Notes: a model not told the origin generated them from the sequence alone. A stretch of DNA of 64,000 nucleotides from an uncultured Thermomicrobiales bacterium (GCA_902806405.1 CADCWL010000247.1:71-64070); one strand, 5' to 3'. Counted from the first letter of the stretch, positions 30,693 through 41,621 are shown. Numbers and translations: made by a program.

Positions 30693-32033
30693 CTACCGCA
30701 GCGCCGGCGGTGCCGGCAATCGGCCGGGAAGGGCGACCCCTGTGAGCTCGACGACCGCTTCCCGCAGTTGAGCGTCTTCCGAAGCCGCGAACTCGTCCGC
30801 CGTCACTTCACCATCGGAGCTCGGTCGGCTTGCCGTCGCCGAAGCAGGGAGGCGCACCGATCGGTCGGGGACTACCCCTTTCCGCCAGATCTGATCGCCG
30901 TCGGCGGTCAGCCAGAGCGCGGTTCCAAGCAGGACGACCGACCCGTCCGGCTGTTCAAACGGGATCAGCACCGTCCCAGTGCCGTAGGTCGTCTCCCCGA
31001 GGAGGGTGGCGCGGCCGTTGTCGCGCAGCGCCGCGCCCACGATCTCGGCGGCCGAAGCGGAGCCGTTGTTCACGAGGACGACCAGCGGTCGGTCCACCCA
31101 CTGCCCGTCCGTGCCGACCGTTGCCAGCGGCTTCGCCTCGCCCTCCCGCTCCTGCTGCCGGAAGATCGTCCTCCCCTCCGGCATGAACTGGCTGGCGACC
31201 CCGACCGCCTCAGCTACGAGGCCGCCCGGATTGTCACGCAGGTCGAGCACAACCCCCGTCGCCCCGTGTGCCCGCGCCGCGACCAGCGCCTCCTCCAGTT
31301 CCTTGGTGGCGCCAACCGAGAACTCGGCAAGCCGGACTTGGGCGACCCCACCTGGCAGCATCCGCCAGGTCACCGGCCGCAGCGTGATCGTCCGCCGGAC
31401 CATGGTCACCTCGTACGGCGTCAACTCGCCCCGGTGGAGCAGGGTCAGGGTGACCGGCGTCCCAGCGTCGCCCCGGATCAGGTCGCCGATCTCCTCCTGC
31501 TCCAACCGCTCCGTCGTCTGGCCGTCGATCGCCAGGATCGTGTCGCCGGAGCGAACGCCGGCCTCCGCCGCGGGCGAGCCGTCGATCGGAACGACTACGA
31601 TCGGGCGATCGCCGGGGATGTCGATCTCGACCCCGATCCCGGTGAACTCGCCGCGCGTCGCCGCCTCGAAGTCGGTGGCGGCCTCCGGGTCCAGGAAGCG
31701 GCTGTGGCCGTCGTCACCGAGGGCGTCGACCATCCCCTCCGCCGCGCCGTAGACCAGCGCCCCGTCGTCGACCGCCGCCGGGTCGGCGTACTCGTTGTGG
31801 ATCAGGTCCCAGGTCTGCTCGAGGACCGCGAACTCCTCGCTCTCCGTGAACGAGGAGGCCGCGCCAACGATCTCGCCGCCCTGCCAGAGCACGCGGTCGG
31901 CGCCCACCCCCGCACCGAAGATGGCAACCGCCGCGGCGGCGGTGAGCGCGGGCCGGAGGCGGCGGACGGTGAACGGACGGCGATGGGCGGCGAGGTCACC
32001 GCGCATCGGCGGGGACGAAGGGGAGAGGGTCAC
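30693..32033 (-). CDS. S41 family C-terminal processing peptidase (CtpA-like)
   Basis: GIG PDZ motif, DLRDNPGG, SASAAE, GETTYGTG, GVVPD. Start uncertain. Confidence 0.9.
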   Translation of the reverse strand: MTLSPSSPPMRGDLAAHRRPFTVRRLRPALTAAAAVAIFGAGVGADRVLWQGGEIVGAASSFTESEEFAVLEQTWDLIHNEYADPAAVDDGALVYGAAEGMVDALGDDGHSRFLDPEAATDFEAATRGEFTGIGVEIDIPGDRPIVVVPIDGSPAAEAGVRSGDTILAIDGQTTERLEQEEIGDLIRGDAGTPVTLTLLHRGELTPYEVTMVRRTITLRPVTWRMLPGGVAQVRLAEFSVGATKELEEALVAARAHGATGVVLDLRDNPGGLVAEAVGVASQFMPEGRTIFRQQEREGEAKPLATVGTDGQWVDRPLVVLVNNGSASAAEIVGAALRDNGRATLLGETTYGTGTVLIPFEQPDGSVVLLGTALWLTADGDQIWRKGVVPDRSVRLPASATASRPSSDGEVTADEFAASEDAQLREAVVELTGVALPGRLPAPPALR

Positions 32034-32388
32034 GGCGATGGCTCCTGCACGCGGGGTCGCGCCGCGATGCCGGACATCGTCGCGCACGACGGACGGGAAA
32101 GGCTCGCCCGCCGGCCGGCGGGTGTCTGTCCAGTCTACGCGCCAGCGCCCGCGCCGGACGTGCGCCGCGCACAGACAGGGCAATGCCCTCCGGTCTCGGT
32201 CAGACCGTTGTCGCCGCCGACCGAACGCTTGGTCGTCGTCGGGGAGGGCCCCCGGCCCTCCCACGGCCCGAAGGTCCGCAGCCTGGCGAACCGCAACCTG
32301 CGGGGCTCCAACCGGCCGATGGCCAAGCAATCCGCGGACCGTTACAGCCCCCCACAACGACGAGGGCGGGGGGCGCCGCTCCCCACCC

Positions 32389-33345
32389 TCAGACCGCGGC
32401 CGCCGCCGTCACGCCGACCGGCGTTCGCCAACCCGCGTACCGCTCCTCCCGCCCACGGAGGACGTCGTGAAACACCTGCTCAAGCTCCCGCGTCACCGGG
32501 CCGATCTCGCCGCTCCCGACGTCGTACTTGTCGACGCCGACGATCGGCGTGATCTCGGCCGCCGTGCCGCAGGTGAAGACCTCGTCCGCGAGATACAGCT
32601 CCGTCCGGTCGACCTGCCGCTCGACAACCTCCAGCCCCAGCACCTCCCGGGCCAGAACCATCAGGGCGTCTCGGGTGATGCTCTCCAGGATGCTGCTCGT
32701 TACGTCGGGCGTGATCAGCCGGCCGTCGCGGACGAGCATCACGCACGCGCCCGGCGCTTCGGCGACCGTCCCACCCGCGTTGATCAGGAAGGCAGTGTCG
32801 TAGCCGTCGAGCCGCGCCTCCATCCCCGCCAGCTGACCGTTCCGGTAGTTGGAAAGGTTCTTGATGCGGGGCGGCATCGTTTCGTCGGAGACGCGGCGCC
32901 AGGAGCTGACCTTAGCCGTCTGGGTAGTCCCGGAGAGGAGATGGGAGGGCATCGGGCTGGTGTTGATCAGCAGCGCCGCCTGGTGGCCGAGCTGGGCGAA
33001 GCGCTTGCCGGAGGTGTCGGCCGAGTAGGCGAGCGGCCGGATGTAGGTGTCCTCACGCACCTCGTTCGCGCGCAGCAGATCAAGGATCGTCTCGGAGAGC
33101 TCGTCCACCGGGTAGTGAAGATCCAATCGGACCATCTTCATCGACCGCGCCAACCGCTCCAGGTGCTCCCGCAGCCGGAAGACGTGCAACTCCTCCGTCC
33201 GGTCGTCCCAGTAGGCGCGGATTCCCTCAAAAACCGCCCCGACCGTCGACCAGCCGAGCTCGGTGACGTGGACCGTCGCGTCCTCCCATCGCCGCCGCTC
33301 CCCGTTCCACCAAAGATACGTCGGGTGCCCGCCCTGCTCTGCCAC
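32389..33345 (-). CDS. ilvE: Branched-chain amino acid aminotransferase (class IV)
   Basis: VFEGIRAY, FRLREHLERL, YIRP, K..NY, ILESITR, DEVFTCGTAAEITP. Confidence 0.92.
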   Translation of the reverse strand: MAEQGGHPTYLWWNGERRRWEDATVHVTELGWSTVGAVFEGIRAYWDDRTEELHVFRLREHLERLARSMKMVRLDLHYPVDELSETILDLLRANEVREDTYIRPLAYSADTSGKRFAQLGHQAALLINTSPMPSHLLSGTTQTAKVSSWRRVSDETMPPRIKNLSNYRNGQLAGMEARLDGYDTAFLINAGGTVAEAPGACVMLVRDGRLITPDVTSSILESITRDALMVLAREVLGLEVVERQVDRTELYLADEVFTCGTAAEITPIVGVDKYDVGSGEIGPVTRELEQVFHDVLRGREERYAGWRTPVGVTAAAAV

Positions 33346-33523
33346 GGTGCCCTCCCAGGGGTATTTCGTCGTCCATGCTGGCACCGGCATGATAGCCGCC
33401 CCCGGTCGAAGGCGGGAAGGGCATAGCCGCGGCCGGTCCCGCGTCCGGGCAGAACGAGGCCGGAGCACCCTTGCGGGCGCCCCGGCCTCGGTCGGACGAT
33501 CGCGGCGGTCGGAGGACCCGTCT

Positions 33524-35404
33524 CTACTCCGCCGGCCGTCCCGAGATCCCGACCTCCGTGAACATCCGCAGGTAGATGTTGCCGTCTGGAACGGTGAAGC
33601 CCTGGCGGTTCGTCGGCACCCCCTGCACCCATGGCTTGAAGGCGTACTGGTCGACGCGGAAGCCGACCGGAATATAGCCGACGTCCTCCTGGATGATCCG
33701 CTCGGCCTGCTTGTAGAGCTCCAGCCGGGCCTCCGGGTCGAGCTCCCCCTTCGCTTGAATGCAGAGCCGGTCGAACTCCGCGTTCGACCACGCTTGGCGC
33801 TTCGAGCCGGCCGGCTTGCCGCCGTAGAACATGTCGTAGTACCCGTTGTCCGGGTCGGGGTAGTCGTACCACCACCGGATCCAGACGAGCTGGTCGCGGT
33901 TCTCGAGCAGGCGAGGCCGGAAGTTCGTCTCGCCGGTCTGCTTCTCGATTTGAATCGCCATGCCTAAGTTCTCTTGGAGCTGGGCGATGATGTCGTTGAG
34001 CATCAAGTCGGAGTTGTAGATCTCCTCGGAGCCCCGGATCAGGACCGTGATCGGCGGCCAGTTCTGGCCGCCAGCGAATTCGGTCCCCTCCAGCAGCGAC
34101 ATCGCCAGCTCGGGGTCGAAGTTCTGGATGCCGGTGATCTCCGGGTCGTCGATGTAGCCGTAGACCCCGATCGGCACCATGCAATTCGCCGGCAGGATCA
34201 GGTTGTTCGTTACCGTCGTCAGCCGCTCGCGGTCGATCGCATGGCTGAGGGCCTGACGCACCGGGAGCTGGTCGAAGGGCGGCACGCCGTTGGAGGGGAG
34301 GAGCATCCAGATGCCCGGGTAGACGTACTGCTTAAGCAACGGCGCCAGCGCCGGGTCCTCCTGGAAGCGGGGGAGATTGTCGGCGGCGACCGGGGTCCAG
34401 TCGAGCCGCTGGTCGCCGCTCCCCTGCTCGAAGGCGAGCACGCTATTGCTCGACGGCGTGATCGGATCGACGACGCGCTGGAGGACGATCTCCTCGGCCT
34501 GCCAGTAGTTCTCGTTCTTGGAGAACTCGCACTTGACCCCCTTCTCCCAGCGGTCGAGCTTGAAGGGTCCGTTGGAGACGAGGGGGACGTTCCCGAGCGC
34601 CCATTCCGCGCCGTGCTGCTCGACGGAAGGCCGGTGGGCCGGGACGCAGGCGAGGTAAGCCACCTTCTGCGCGAAGTTGGCGCGACCGCCTTCCAGCGTC
34701 ACCTCCAGCGTCCAGTCGTCGATGGCCCGGAGCCCGAGATCCTCCCGGGTCGCGACCTGGCCGTTCAGGGGGTCCCCCTCGCGGGCGACTGGCGTCGCGT
34801 TGCTGAACGACTCGGCGTTCTTGACGTCGTAGAGGATGAAGGAGTAGGAGTTCGGGCCGGCCGCGCCGACCGGCGCCGGGTCGAGGATGCGGGAGAAGGA
34901 CCAGACAAAGTCGTGGGCCGTCACCGGGTCGCCGTTGGTCCAGCCGGTGTTCCCCTGGCGGAGGTGGAAGGTCCAGACCGAGCCCTCGGCGTTCGACTCG
35001 AAGCGCTCGGCCCAATCGGGGACCGGCGTGCCGTTCGGGTCGAAGGTCAGCAACCCGGCCCAGCACTCCGGCTCGGCGTTGGCGTAGAGGTTGGAGTTGA
35101 AGTCGAAGGTCGCCGGCTCGTCCTGAAGCACGAAGTGGTAGAGGACCTGCTCCGCGTCGAGCGCACCCCCCGTCGGCGCCGCTCCGGCCGCAGGCGAGGC
35201 CGCCGGCGACGCCATGGGCGAAGCATCGGGAGAGGCGGCCGGCGTCGTGTCCTGGGCGGCGGCACGGAACGTCCGCAGCCCCCCGAGACCGACGGTGGCG
35301 GCCCCGGCCGCGCCCCCCTGGACCACCTTTCGGCGGTTAATGCTCCGCTCCCGGAGCTTCGCCTCCAGACGCCGCCGGGTCTCGTCGTCGTAGCGCTCGG
35401 TCAT
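33524..35404 (-). CDS. Peptide ABC transporter substrate-binding protein (OppA-like), Tat signal
   Basis: INRRKVVQGG twin-arginine motif, ASPAASP linker, WTNGDPVTAHDF, SNGPFKL; ATG 35404 with AGGAGGAG RBS. Confidence 0.92.
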   Translation of the reverse strand: MTERYDDETRRRLEAKLRERSINRRKVVQGGAAGAATVGLGGLRTFRAAAQDTTPAASPDASPMASPAASPAAGAAPTGGALDAEQVLYHFVLQDEPATFDFNSNLYANAEPECWAGLLTFDPNGTPVPDWAERFESNAEGSVWTFHLRQGNTGWTNGDPVTAHDFVWSFSRILDPAPVGAAGPNSYSFILYDVKNAESFSNATPVAREGDPLNGQVATREDLGLRAIDDWTLEVTLEGGRANFAQKVAYLACVPAHRPSVEQHGAEWALGNVPLVSNGPFKLDRWEKGVKCEFSKNENYWQAEEIVLQRVVDPITPSSNSVLAFEQGSGDQRLDWTPVAADNLPRFQEDPALAPLLKQYVYPGIWMLLPSNGVPPFDQLPVRQALSHAIDRERLTTVTNNLILPANCMVPIGVYGYIDDPEITGIQNFDPELAMSLLEGTEFAGGQNWPPITVLIRGSEEIYNSDLMLNDIIAQLQENLGMAIQIEKQTGETNFRPRLLENRDQLVWIRWWYDYPDPDNGYYDMFYGGKPAGSKRQAWSNAEFDRLCIQAKGELDPEARLELYKQAERIIQEDVGYIPVGFRVDQYAFKPWVQGVPTNRQGFTVPDGNIYLRMFTEVGISGRPAE

Positions 35405-35583
35405 TCGCTGCTCCTCCTGGTCCTGCGCTCCGTCGGCCCCCGCGCCGGGGACCTTCGCCGCCATCGGTTCGTGCCACCGATCCCCCGCGCGCGGAGGGAG
35501 GTCACTCGGGGTCCGCCGTCGTGCCAGTCGTCCTCCTTTCGTCCCACCGGCGGCGCGTCGCCCCCGGCCGAGGTTCCGGTGCC

Positions 35584-36588
35584 TCAATCGTTCCCCCGGA
35601 CGTCGAGCGCGTCGCGCAGCCCATCGCCGAGGAAGGTGAAGCCAAGCATGGTCAGGCCGATCGCCGCCACCGGCGCGGCCAGCATGTAGGGATCGGTCTG
35701 GATGTAGCCTGGCTGGCTGGCGTCGCCGACCATCTGCCCCCAGCTCGCTTGCGGCGGCAGGATGCCGACCCCGACGAAGGAGAGCGCCGCCTCGGTGAAG
35801 ATCGCAGTCGGGATGCCGAAGGTGAGCGCCACGATGATCGGTGTCAGGCTGTTGGGCAGCAGGTGGCGGAGCATGATCTGCCACCCCGTCGAGCCGGAGA
35901 CGCGCGCCGCGTTGACGTACTCCTGCTCCCGCAGGGCCAGGAACTGGCCGCGCACCAGCCTCGCCTCCGTCACCCAGCCGACGAGTCCGATCGCGATGAA
36001 GATGTTGACCAGCCCCGGCCCGAAGAGATTGACGAAGATCAGCACCAACAGCAGCTGGGGGATGGCGTAGACGACGTCGACCGAGCGCATCAGGATGTTG
36101 TCGACCCGGCCGCCGTAGTAGCCGGCGAGGGCGCCGACCGGGATCCCGATCAGCAGCACCAGCCCCTGGGAGAGGACGCCGACGACGAGGGAGACGCGCG
36201 CTCCGTAGAGGAGGCGGCTGAAGATGTCCCGCCCGTTCTGGTCGAGCCCGAGCGGCCAGGTCCAACTCGGCTCGGTGCGGGTCAACCGGAAGTCGACGAC
36301 CTCCGACTGCCCGTACGGCGCCAGCACCGGCGCGAGCACCGCGATCGCGATGAACGAGACGACGACCACGAGGCCGATCACCGCCAGCTTGTTCCGGGTC
36401 AGCCGCCGCCAGGCGTCCCCCCACAGGCTGCGCTGCCGCGGCGCGACCAGGTCGGCGGCGCTCCCGAGCGTGGGCGGTGCGGCGACCGCCGGGGGCACCG
36501 CCTCCCGCGCGGTCGCCCCGTCGAGACGGTCCGCAAGGGGCTGTGGCTGCGGCTGCCCCACCCGCGTCCGTGGCTGCGACTGCGCCAT
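35584..36588 (-). CDS. Peptide ABC permease (OppC-like)
   Basis: SLWGDAWRRL, LGLDQNGRD, EAALSFVG, GDGLRDALD. Confidence 0.93.
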   Translation of the reverse strand: MAQSQPRTRVGQPQPQPLADRLDGATAREAVPPAVAAPPTLGSAADLVAPRQRSLWGDAWRRLTRNKLAVIGLVVVVSFIAIAVLAPVLAPYGQSEVVDFRLTRTEPSWTWPLGLDQNGRDIFSRLLYGARVSLVVGVLSQGLVLLIGIPVGALAGYYGGRVDNILMRSVDVVYAIPQLLLVLIFVNLFGPGLVNIFIAIGLVGWVTEARLVRGQFLALREQEYVNAARVSGSTGWQIMLRHLLPNSLTPIIVALTFGIPTAIFTEAALSFVGVGILPPQASWGQMVGDASQPGYIQTDPYMLAAPVAAIGLTMLGFTFLGDGLRDALDVRGND

Positions 36589-36626
36589 ACCCCCCCCTAC
36601 CGAGACGGCTTCCCAGCCCCCGACCC

Positions 36627-37565
36627 CTAGTAGCGGATCCGCGGATCGATCAGGCCGTAGAGCACGTCCACCAGCAGGTTCATCACGGCCAGGAAGATCC
36701 CGTAGATAAGGACCACCGCTAGGATCATCGGCTGGTCCTTCGCCGTCATGCTGTCGACGAAGAAGGGACCCATGCCGGGGATGTTGAAGACCTTCTCAAC
36801 GAAGAACGAGCCGGTGCCGACTGCGGCGAAGATCGGCCCGACCAGGGTGATCACCGGGATCAGGGCGTTCTTGAGGACGTGGCGGACGATCACCCGGCGC
36901 TCCATCAGCCCCTTCGCCCGCGCCGTCCGCACGTAGTCGGAGCGGATCGCCTCGACGACGCTGGAGCGGGTGTAGCGGGCGATGGTGGCCAGGGGAGCCG
37001 CGCCGAGGGCGACCGTCGGCAGGACCCAGTCCTGCCACGACTCGAGGCCGCCGATATTGAAGCCGAGGTCGACGCCGCGACCGGGCAGGAGCACGACGAA
37101 GAGGAGGATCAGGAGGAAGCCCATCACGAAGTTCGGCAGGCTGTAGAAGAGGATCGCGGCCGTCACCGAGACGTAGTCGAGCGGGCCGTTCTGGTTCACC
37201 GCCGCCAGGACGCCGAGCGTCACCCCGACGACGACCGCGAAGACCGTCGCATAGGCGCCGAGCCGGAGCGAGATCGGGAAGGTCCGGGCGATGATCGAGC
37301 TGACCGTCTGCGGGCGGAAGGCGAACGACTCCCCGAAATCGCCGCGCACGGCGTTCGCGACGTAGATGCCGAACTGCTCGGGCAGGGGCTTGTCGAGCCC
37401 GTACTGGGCCTCCAGGCGGCGGATCATGTCCGGGCTGATCTGCTGCGCGCCGGCGGGGATGATGCCCGTGCCCGGTGTCAGCTTCAGGAGGATAAAAGTC
37501 AGGGCCACGATCGCCAGGATCGTCGGCACGAACCAGGCGACCCGGTTGGCGATGTAGCGCAGCAT
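36627..37565 (-). CDS. Peptide ABC permease (OppB-like)
   Basis: YGLDKPL, GDFGES, TARAKGL, DPRIRY; ATG 37565. Confidence 0.93.
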   Translation of the reverse strand: MLRYIANRVAWFVPTILAIVALTFILLKLTPGTGIIPAGAQQISPDMIRRLEAQYGLDKPLPEQFGIYVANAVRGDFGESFAFRPQTVSSIIARTFPISLRLGAYATVFAVVVGVTLGVLAAVNQNGPLDYVSVTAAILFYSLPNFVMGFLLILLFVVLLPGRGVDLGFNIGGLESWQDWVLPTVALGAAPLATIARYTRSSVVEAIRSDYVRTARAKGLMERRVIVRHVLKNALIPVITLVGPIFAAVGTGSFFVEKVFNIPGMGPFFVDSMTAKDQPMILAVVLIYGIFLAVMNLLVDVLYGLIDPRIRY

Positions 37566-37762
37566 CGTCGCTCCGTCCCGGTACGGGGTAGGACCCGTGC
37601 CGCCGGCGGCGGACGGGACGCGGTCGCGTCGCCCTGGTGGCCAGGAGAGGCGTGAACGACGGGACGAATTGCCGCCTTGTCGGCGCTCGCCCGCGCTGCG
37701 CTGGCCCTCGGGTCGGTGAACGACAGGAGTCGGGTCCGCGCGGATGTGAAGAGAACGGCCGG

Positions 37763-37791
37763 ACTCTAGCACCGGCTGCCTACCCTGTCAA
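37763..37791 (-). promoter_or_regulatory. Sigma-70 promoter of the oppBCA-like operon
   Basis: Minus strand TTGACA-17-TAGAGT with extended TG. Confidence 0.7.
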
Positions 37792-37866
37792 CAGCCGTCA
37801 ACCCGTGGGACGAGCGGCCTTTGGGCTCGCTGCACAGAAGGGGGTCCGCCGGCGGCGTCCCGCCAT

Positions 37867-38820
37867 TCAGCGGACCTCGGCCAGCGCCAGCGCCGCCGCA
37901 CCATAGAGAGCCGTGTCGTCACCCAGCGCCGATCGCTCCAGCCGGGTCGCCGCCCGCTGGACCGGGAAGGCATGGCTGGGCAGTGCCCGCCGGGCCGGGC
38001 CGAGCAGCGCGTCCCCGAGCGTAGCGACCCCGCCGCCGACGACGACCAGTTCCGGGTTGAAGATGTTGACGAAGGCGCCGATCGCGGCCCCCAGCGCGCG
38101 CCCTGCCCGCTCCAGGATCGCCAACGCGGCCGGATCGCCCTCCGCCGCCGCGGCGGCCACGATGGTGGCCGTGATCGCGCCGTCGGCGGCGTGACGCCGG
38201 AGAGCGGCGCCATCGGCCGTGGCGGCGACGGTCGTCGCATCGCGCGCAATCGCCCAGCCAGCGGCGAAGGTCTCCAGGCAGCCGACGCTGCCGCACGTGC
38301 AGCGCGGCCCGTCGAGGGCGACGACGACGTGGCCGAGCTCCCCAGCTAGGCCGCCGACCCCCTCGACCAACCGCCCGCCGCTGATGACCCCGCCGCCGAC
38401 CCCGGTCCCCAGCGCCAGGTAGACCAGATCCCGCGCGCCGGCGCCGACCCCGAAGCGCGCCTCGCCGAGGGCAGCGCAGTTGCCGTCGTTGCCGAAGCGG
38501 ACCGCGCGTGCCGTGCCCGCTCGCAGGGCCTCCCCGAGTTGAAAGTCCCGCCACCCCGGCAGATTCGGCGTGAAGGCGACCTCCCCGCTCCGCGGATCGA
38601 CCGGCCCCGGCACCGCCACCCCGGCCGCGGCCGCCGCGTCGAGCCCCGCCGCCGCCGCGACCTCCTCCAGCAGGCCCGCGATCCGCCCGGCGACCGCCTC
38701 CGGCCCGTCACCGGCGCCGGTCGGAACACCCTTCCGGTGCGTCAGCTTCCCGTCCTCGGAGACGGCGGCCGCTCGCAGATTTGTGCCACCCAGGTCGACG
38801 GCCAGCACGCGGCGGCTCAC
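37867..38820 (-). CDS. ROK family sugar kinase (glucokinase-like)
   Basis: DLGGT, NDGNCAALGE, GTGVGGG, GELGH, CTCGSVGCLE. Confidence 0.93.
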   Translation of the reverse strand: MSRRVLAVDLGGTNLRAAAVSEDGKLTHRKGVPTGAGDGPEAVAGRIAGLLEEVAAAAGLDAAAAAGVAVPGPVDPRSGEVAFTPNLPGWRDFQLGEALRAGTARAVRFGNDGNCAALGEARFGVGAGARDLVYLALGTGVGGGVISGGRLVEGVGGLAGELGHVVVALDGPRCTCGSVGCLETFAAGWAIARDATTVAATADGAALRRHAADGAITATIVAAAAAEGDPAALAILERAGRALGAAIGAFVNIFNPELVVVGGGVATLGDALLGPARRALPSHAFPVQRAATRLERSALGDDTALYGAAALALAEVR

Positions 38821-39062
38821 GCGCAGGAGTCGCGAAAGTTCATCGACACCGATCCGTCCCGATCTCGACCTGGGCGGCGCCCCACTCGGCTGTCTCTCGG
38901 AGCATGAGGGGTCTCCCCGCCGTGTCACTAGCGTCCGCGAAAATCCCTCGTGCCCCGGGAAGACAGCCGAGCAGGGACTCCCGAGTCAGCCTCGCGGTAG
39001 ACGGGCCCACCAGGTCGGACCCCAGTCCCGCGATCCCGCAACTCACGGCCATCATCTCTGAG

Positions 39063-40550
39063 CTACAGGATAAAGTTGCTCAGGTCGTCGTCTTCGGCGA
39101 TCTCGCCGACCCGCTCGGCGACAAGGGCGGCATCGATCGTCAGCGACTCCCCTTTCCGGGCCGGGGCGTCGAACGAGATCTCCTCGAGCACCCGCTCGAT
39201 GATCGTGTGCAGGCGGCGGGCGCCGATGTCCTCGGTCCGGGCGTTGACCAGGGTGGCGAGGCGGGCCATCTCCCGCAGGGCCGCCTCGTCGAAGCTCAGG
39301 CCGAGCCCCTCGGTCCCGAGCAGCGCCACGTACTGCTTGGTCAGCGCGTTCTGCGGCTCCGTCAGGATCGCGTAGAGGTCCTCCTCCGAGAGGCTGCTCA
39401 GCTCGACCCGGATCGGGAAGCGCCCCTGCAACTCGGGAATCAGGTCTGACGGCCGCGTGTCGTGGAAGGCGCCGGCGGCGATGAAGAGGACGTGGTCGGT
39501 CTTGACCGGCCCGTAGCGGGTCATCACCACCGAGCCCTCGACGATCGGAAGCAGGTCCCGTTGGACGCCGGCACCGGAGACATCGTTGCCGTACTCGCCG
39601 GTAGCGCTGATCGTCTTGTCGATCTCGTCGAGAAAGACGACCGCCGACTCCTCGACCCGCTTCATCGCGGCCTCGACCACCGCGTCGAAGTCGACCAACC
39701 GGTGGGCCTCCTGCTGCTGCAGGATGCGCCGCGCCTCCCGCACCGAGACGCGCCGGCGGCTACGGCGGGGGGGAGGCGCGTAGCCGTCGAGGAAGTCCTG
39801 GAACGTCTCGTAGAGATCCTCCGGGCTCATCCCGCCGAACTCGTCGTAAGCCCCCTCGTCGTACTCCGACTCCATCTCGATCTCGACCGTCTCCTCCTCC
39901 AGCGCCTGCTCATCGAGGAGCTGCAAGAGGCGCTTGCGCTCGCGCTGCTTGCGGCGCTCAGCGGCGGCGTCCGGCCGCGGAGGGGTTTCGGGCGCCGCGC
40001 CGTTGGTCGGCTTGCGGCCATTGCGGCTGGGCGGTCCCGGCTTGCGCTCGATCAGCTGCTCGGTCAGGAGGTCGACCAGGCGCTGGGCGGCGGCGCGGGC
40101 CGCCTCGTCCTTGACCAGCTCCAGGCGCTGGCCGTGGAGCATGTCGATCGCAACCTCAACCAGGTCGCGCACGATCGCCTCGACGTCGCGGCCGACGTAG
40201 CCAACCTCGGTGAACTTGGTCGCCTCGACCTTGATGAACGGGGCATCGACGATCTTCGCGACGCGTCGGGCGATCTCCGTCTTGCCGACCCCGGTTGGTC
40301 CCATCATCAAGATGTTCTTCGGCATCACCTCCTGCCGCATCTCGTCCGGCAGGCGCTGCCGCCGGTAGCGGTTGCGGAGGGCGACGGCAACGGCGCGCTT
40401 GGCGTCCGGCTGGCCGACGATGTACTTGTCGAGCTCGGCCACGATCTGGGTCGGGGTCAGGTCCTCGAGCATGGGCCGATCGTCCGCCCCATCGAGTCCG
40501 GAACGTGTCGTGGCCGGGGCGGTGCTGGTTCGGCGTGCGGCTTCGACCAT
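39063..40550 (-). CDS. hslU: ATP-dependent protease ATPase subunit HslU
   Basis: [29 protein letters not shown]-terminal LSNFIL. Alternative start at 40472. Confidence 0.96.
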   Translation of the reverse strand: MVEAARRTSTAPATTRSGLDGADDRPMLEDLTPTQIVAELDKYIVGQPDAKRAVAVALRNRYRRQRLPDEMRQEVMPKNILMMGPTGVGKTEIARRVAKIVDAPFIKVEATKFTEVGYVGRDVEAIVRDLVEVAIDMLHGQRLELVKDEAARAAAQRLVDLLTEQLIERKPGPPSRNGRKPTNGAAPETPPRPDAAAERRKQRERKRLLQLLDEQALEEETVEIEMESEYDEGAYDEFGGMSPEDLYETFQDFLDGYAPPPRRSRRRVSVREARRILQQQEAHRLVDFDAVVEAAMKRVEESAVVFLDEIDKTISATGEYGNDVSGAGVQRDLLPIVEGSVVMTRYGPVKTDHVLFIAAGAFHDTRPSDLIPELQGRFPIRVELSSLSEEDLYAILTEPQNALTKQYVALLGTEGLGLSFDEAALREMARLATLVNARTEDIGARRLHTIIERVLEEISFDAPARKGESLTIDAALVAERVGEIAEDDDLSNFIL

Positions 40551-40552
40551 CG

Positions 40553-41308
40553 CTACTCGCCGTCCTCCCGATCGTCGTCGTCGTCGTCCCCGGGCTCACG
40601 CTCACCAGCGGCGGCTCGCCCGTCGTCGTCGTCCTCGTCCTCCTCGGCCCCGCCCCGGTCGGTCGGGGGTACGAAGCCGCCGATGGGCAACTCCCGCTCG
40701 TCCGCCTCGCGGTCGCCCTCGACCGCGACCCCGTCCCCTGCCACGCGGCCGACCGACTCGACGCTGATCCGGTGGTTGGTGAAGATGCAGATGTCGGCCG
40801 CGATCGTCATCGCCGCCTCAACCGTCGCGCGGGCGTCGAGCGGCGTGTGGGCAAGCAGCGCCTTCGCGGCGGCGATCGCGTACGGGGAGCCGGAGCCGAT
40901 CGCAGCGACCCCGTCGTCCGGCTCGATCACGTCCCCCTCGCCCGAAAGGACGAGCAGCGAATCGGGATCGCCAACGATCAGCTGCGCTTCCAGACGACGC
41001 AGGTAACGGTCGGTCCGCCACTCCTTGGCAAGCTCGACGGAGGCGCGGCGGAGGTTGCCGTCCCAGGCCTTCAACTCGGCCTCGAACTTGGTGAAGAGCG
41101 TCAGGGCATCGGCGACGGCGCCGGCGAAGCCGGCCAGTACCTGCCCGTCGTAGAGCGTGCGGATCTTACGGGCGCCGTGCTTGACGACAACGTCGCCCTG
41201 AGTCACCTGGCCGTCACCGGCGAGGGCGACCGCACCGTCGCGCCGGACGCCGAGGATCGTCGTCGCCCGCAGGCGGCGCCCGGACTCCGGGTATAGAGGG
41301 AAGGCCAC
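40553..41308 (-). CDS. hslV: ATP-dependent protease subunit HslV with propeptide and acidic tail
   Basis: TTILGV, GDGQVT, GFAG, GSGS, ICIFTN. Confidence 0.95.
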   Translation of the reverse strand: MAFPLYPESGRRLRATTILGVRRDGAVALAGDGQVTQGDVVVKHGARKIRTLYDGQVLAGFAGAVADALTLFTKFEAELKAWDGNLRRASVELAKEWRTDRYLRRLEAQLIVGDPDSLLVLSGEGDVIEPDDGVAAIGSGSPYAIAAAKALLAHTPLDARATVEAAMTIAADICIFTNHRISVESVGRVAGDGVAVEGDREADERELPIGGFVPPTDRGGAEEDEDDDDGRAAAGEREPGDDDDDDREDGE

Positions 41309-41493
41309 GGGGGGTGGGGGTCCGATTCACGAGGGCCGACCGGCGGCAGATAGCCGGGGCACGCGGGCTGGACGCACAGGCTGCGTCGGCCAAGAGTGTA
41401 CCGCAGGGACGAGGACCGAGAGGCCACGAAGAGCCCTGCGGCACTCGGTCGGATATCCGGTCAGGAACGGGATACCCGACGTCGAAGGCGATC

Positions 41494-41621
41494 GTGCGGA
41501 ACGACGGCTTGGACGTCAACAGCGCCCGCGAACGCATCGGCGATATCGCCGAACGGGTTCGCCGCGACGGAGAGCGCGTCAAAGCGTCGAGGATGGCGAG
41601 ACGACCTCGGCAAGCGTCTAG
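41494..41621 (+). pseudogene. Degenerate Phd/YefM-type antitoxin
   Basis: MRNDGLDVNSARERIGDIAERVRRDGERV, then in a shifted frame VEDGETTSASV-stop; matches the Phd pattern 'ARxxLxxLxxRVxxGExVxIxxxGxP'. Confidence 0.5.

Noticed and set aside
32326-32341. Possible sigma-54 site CGGTCCGCGGATTGCT (minus strand)
   Set aside because: Poor -24 element and about 290 nt from the S41 start; a TAGACT -10 box lies closer to the gene.
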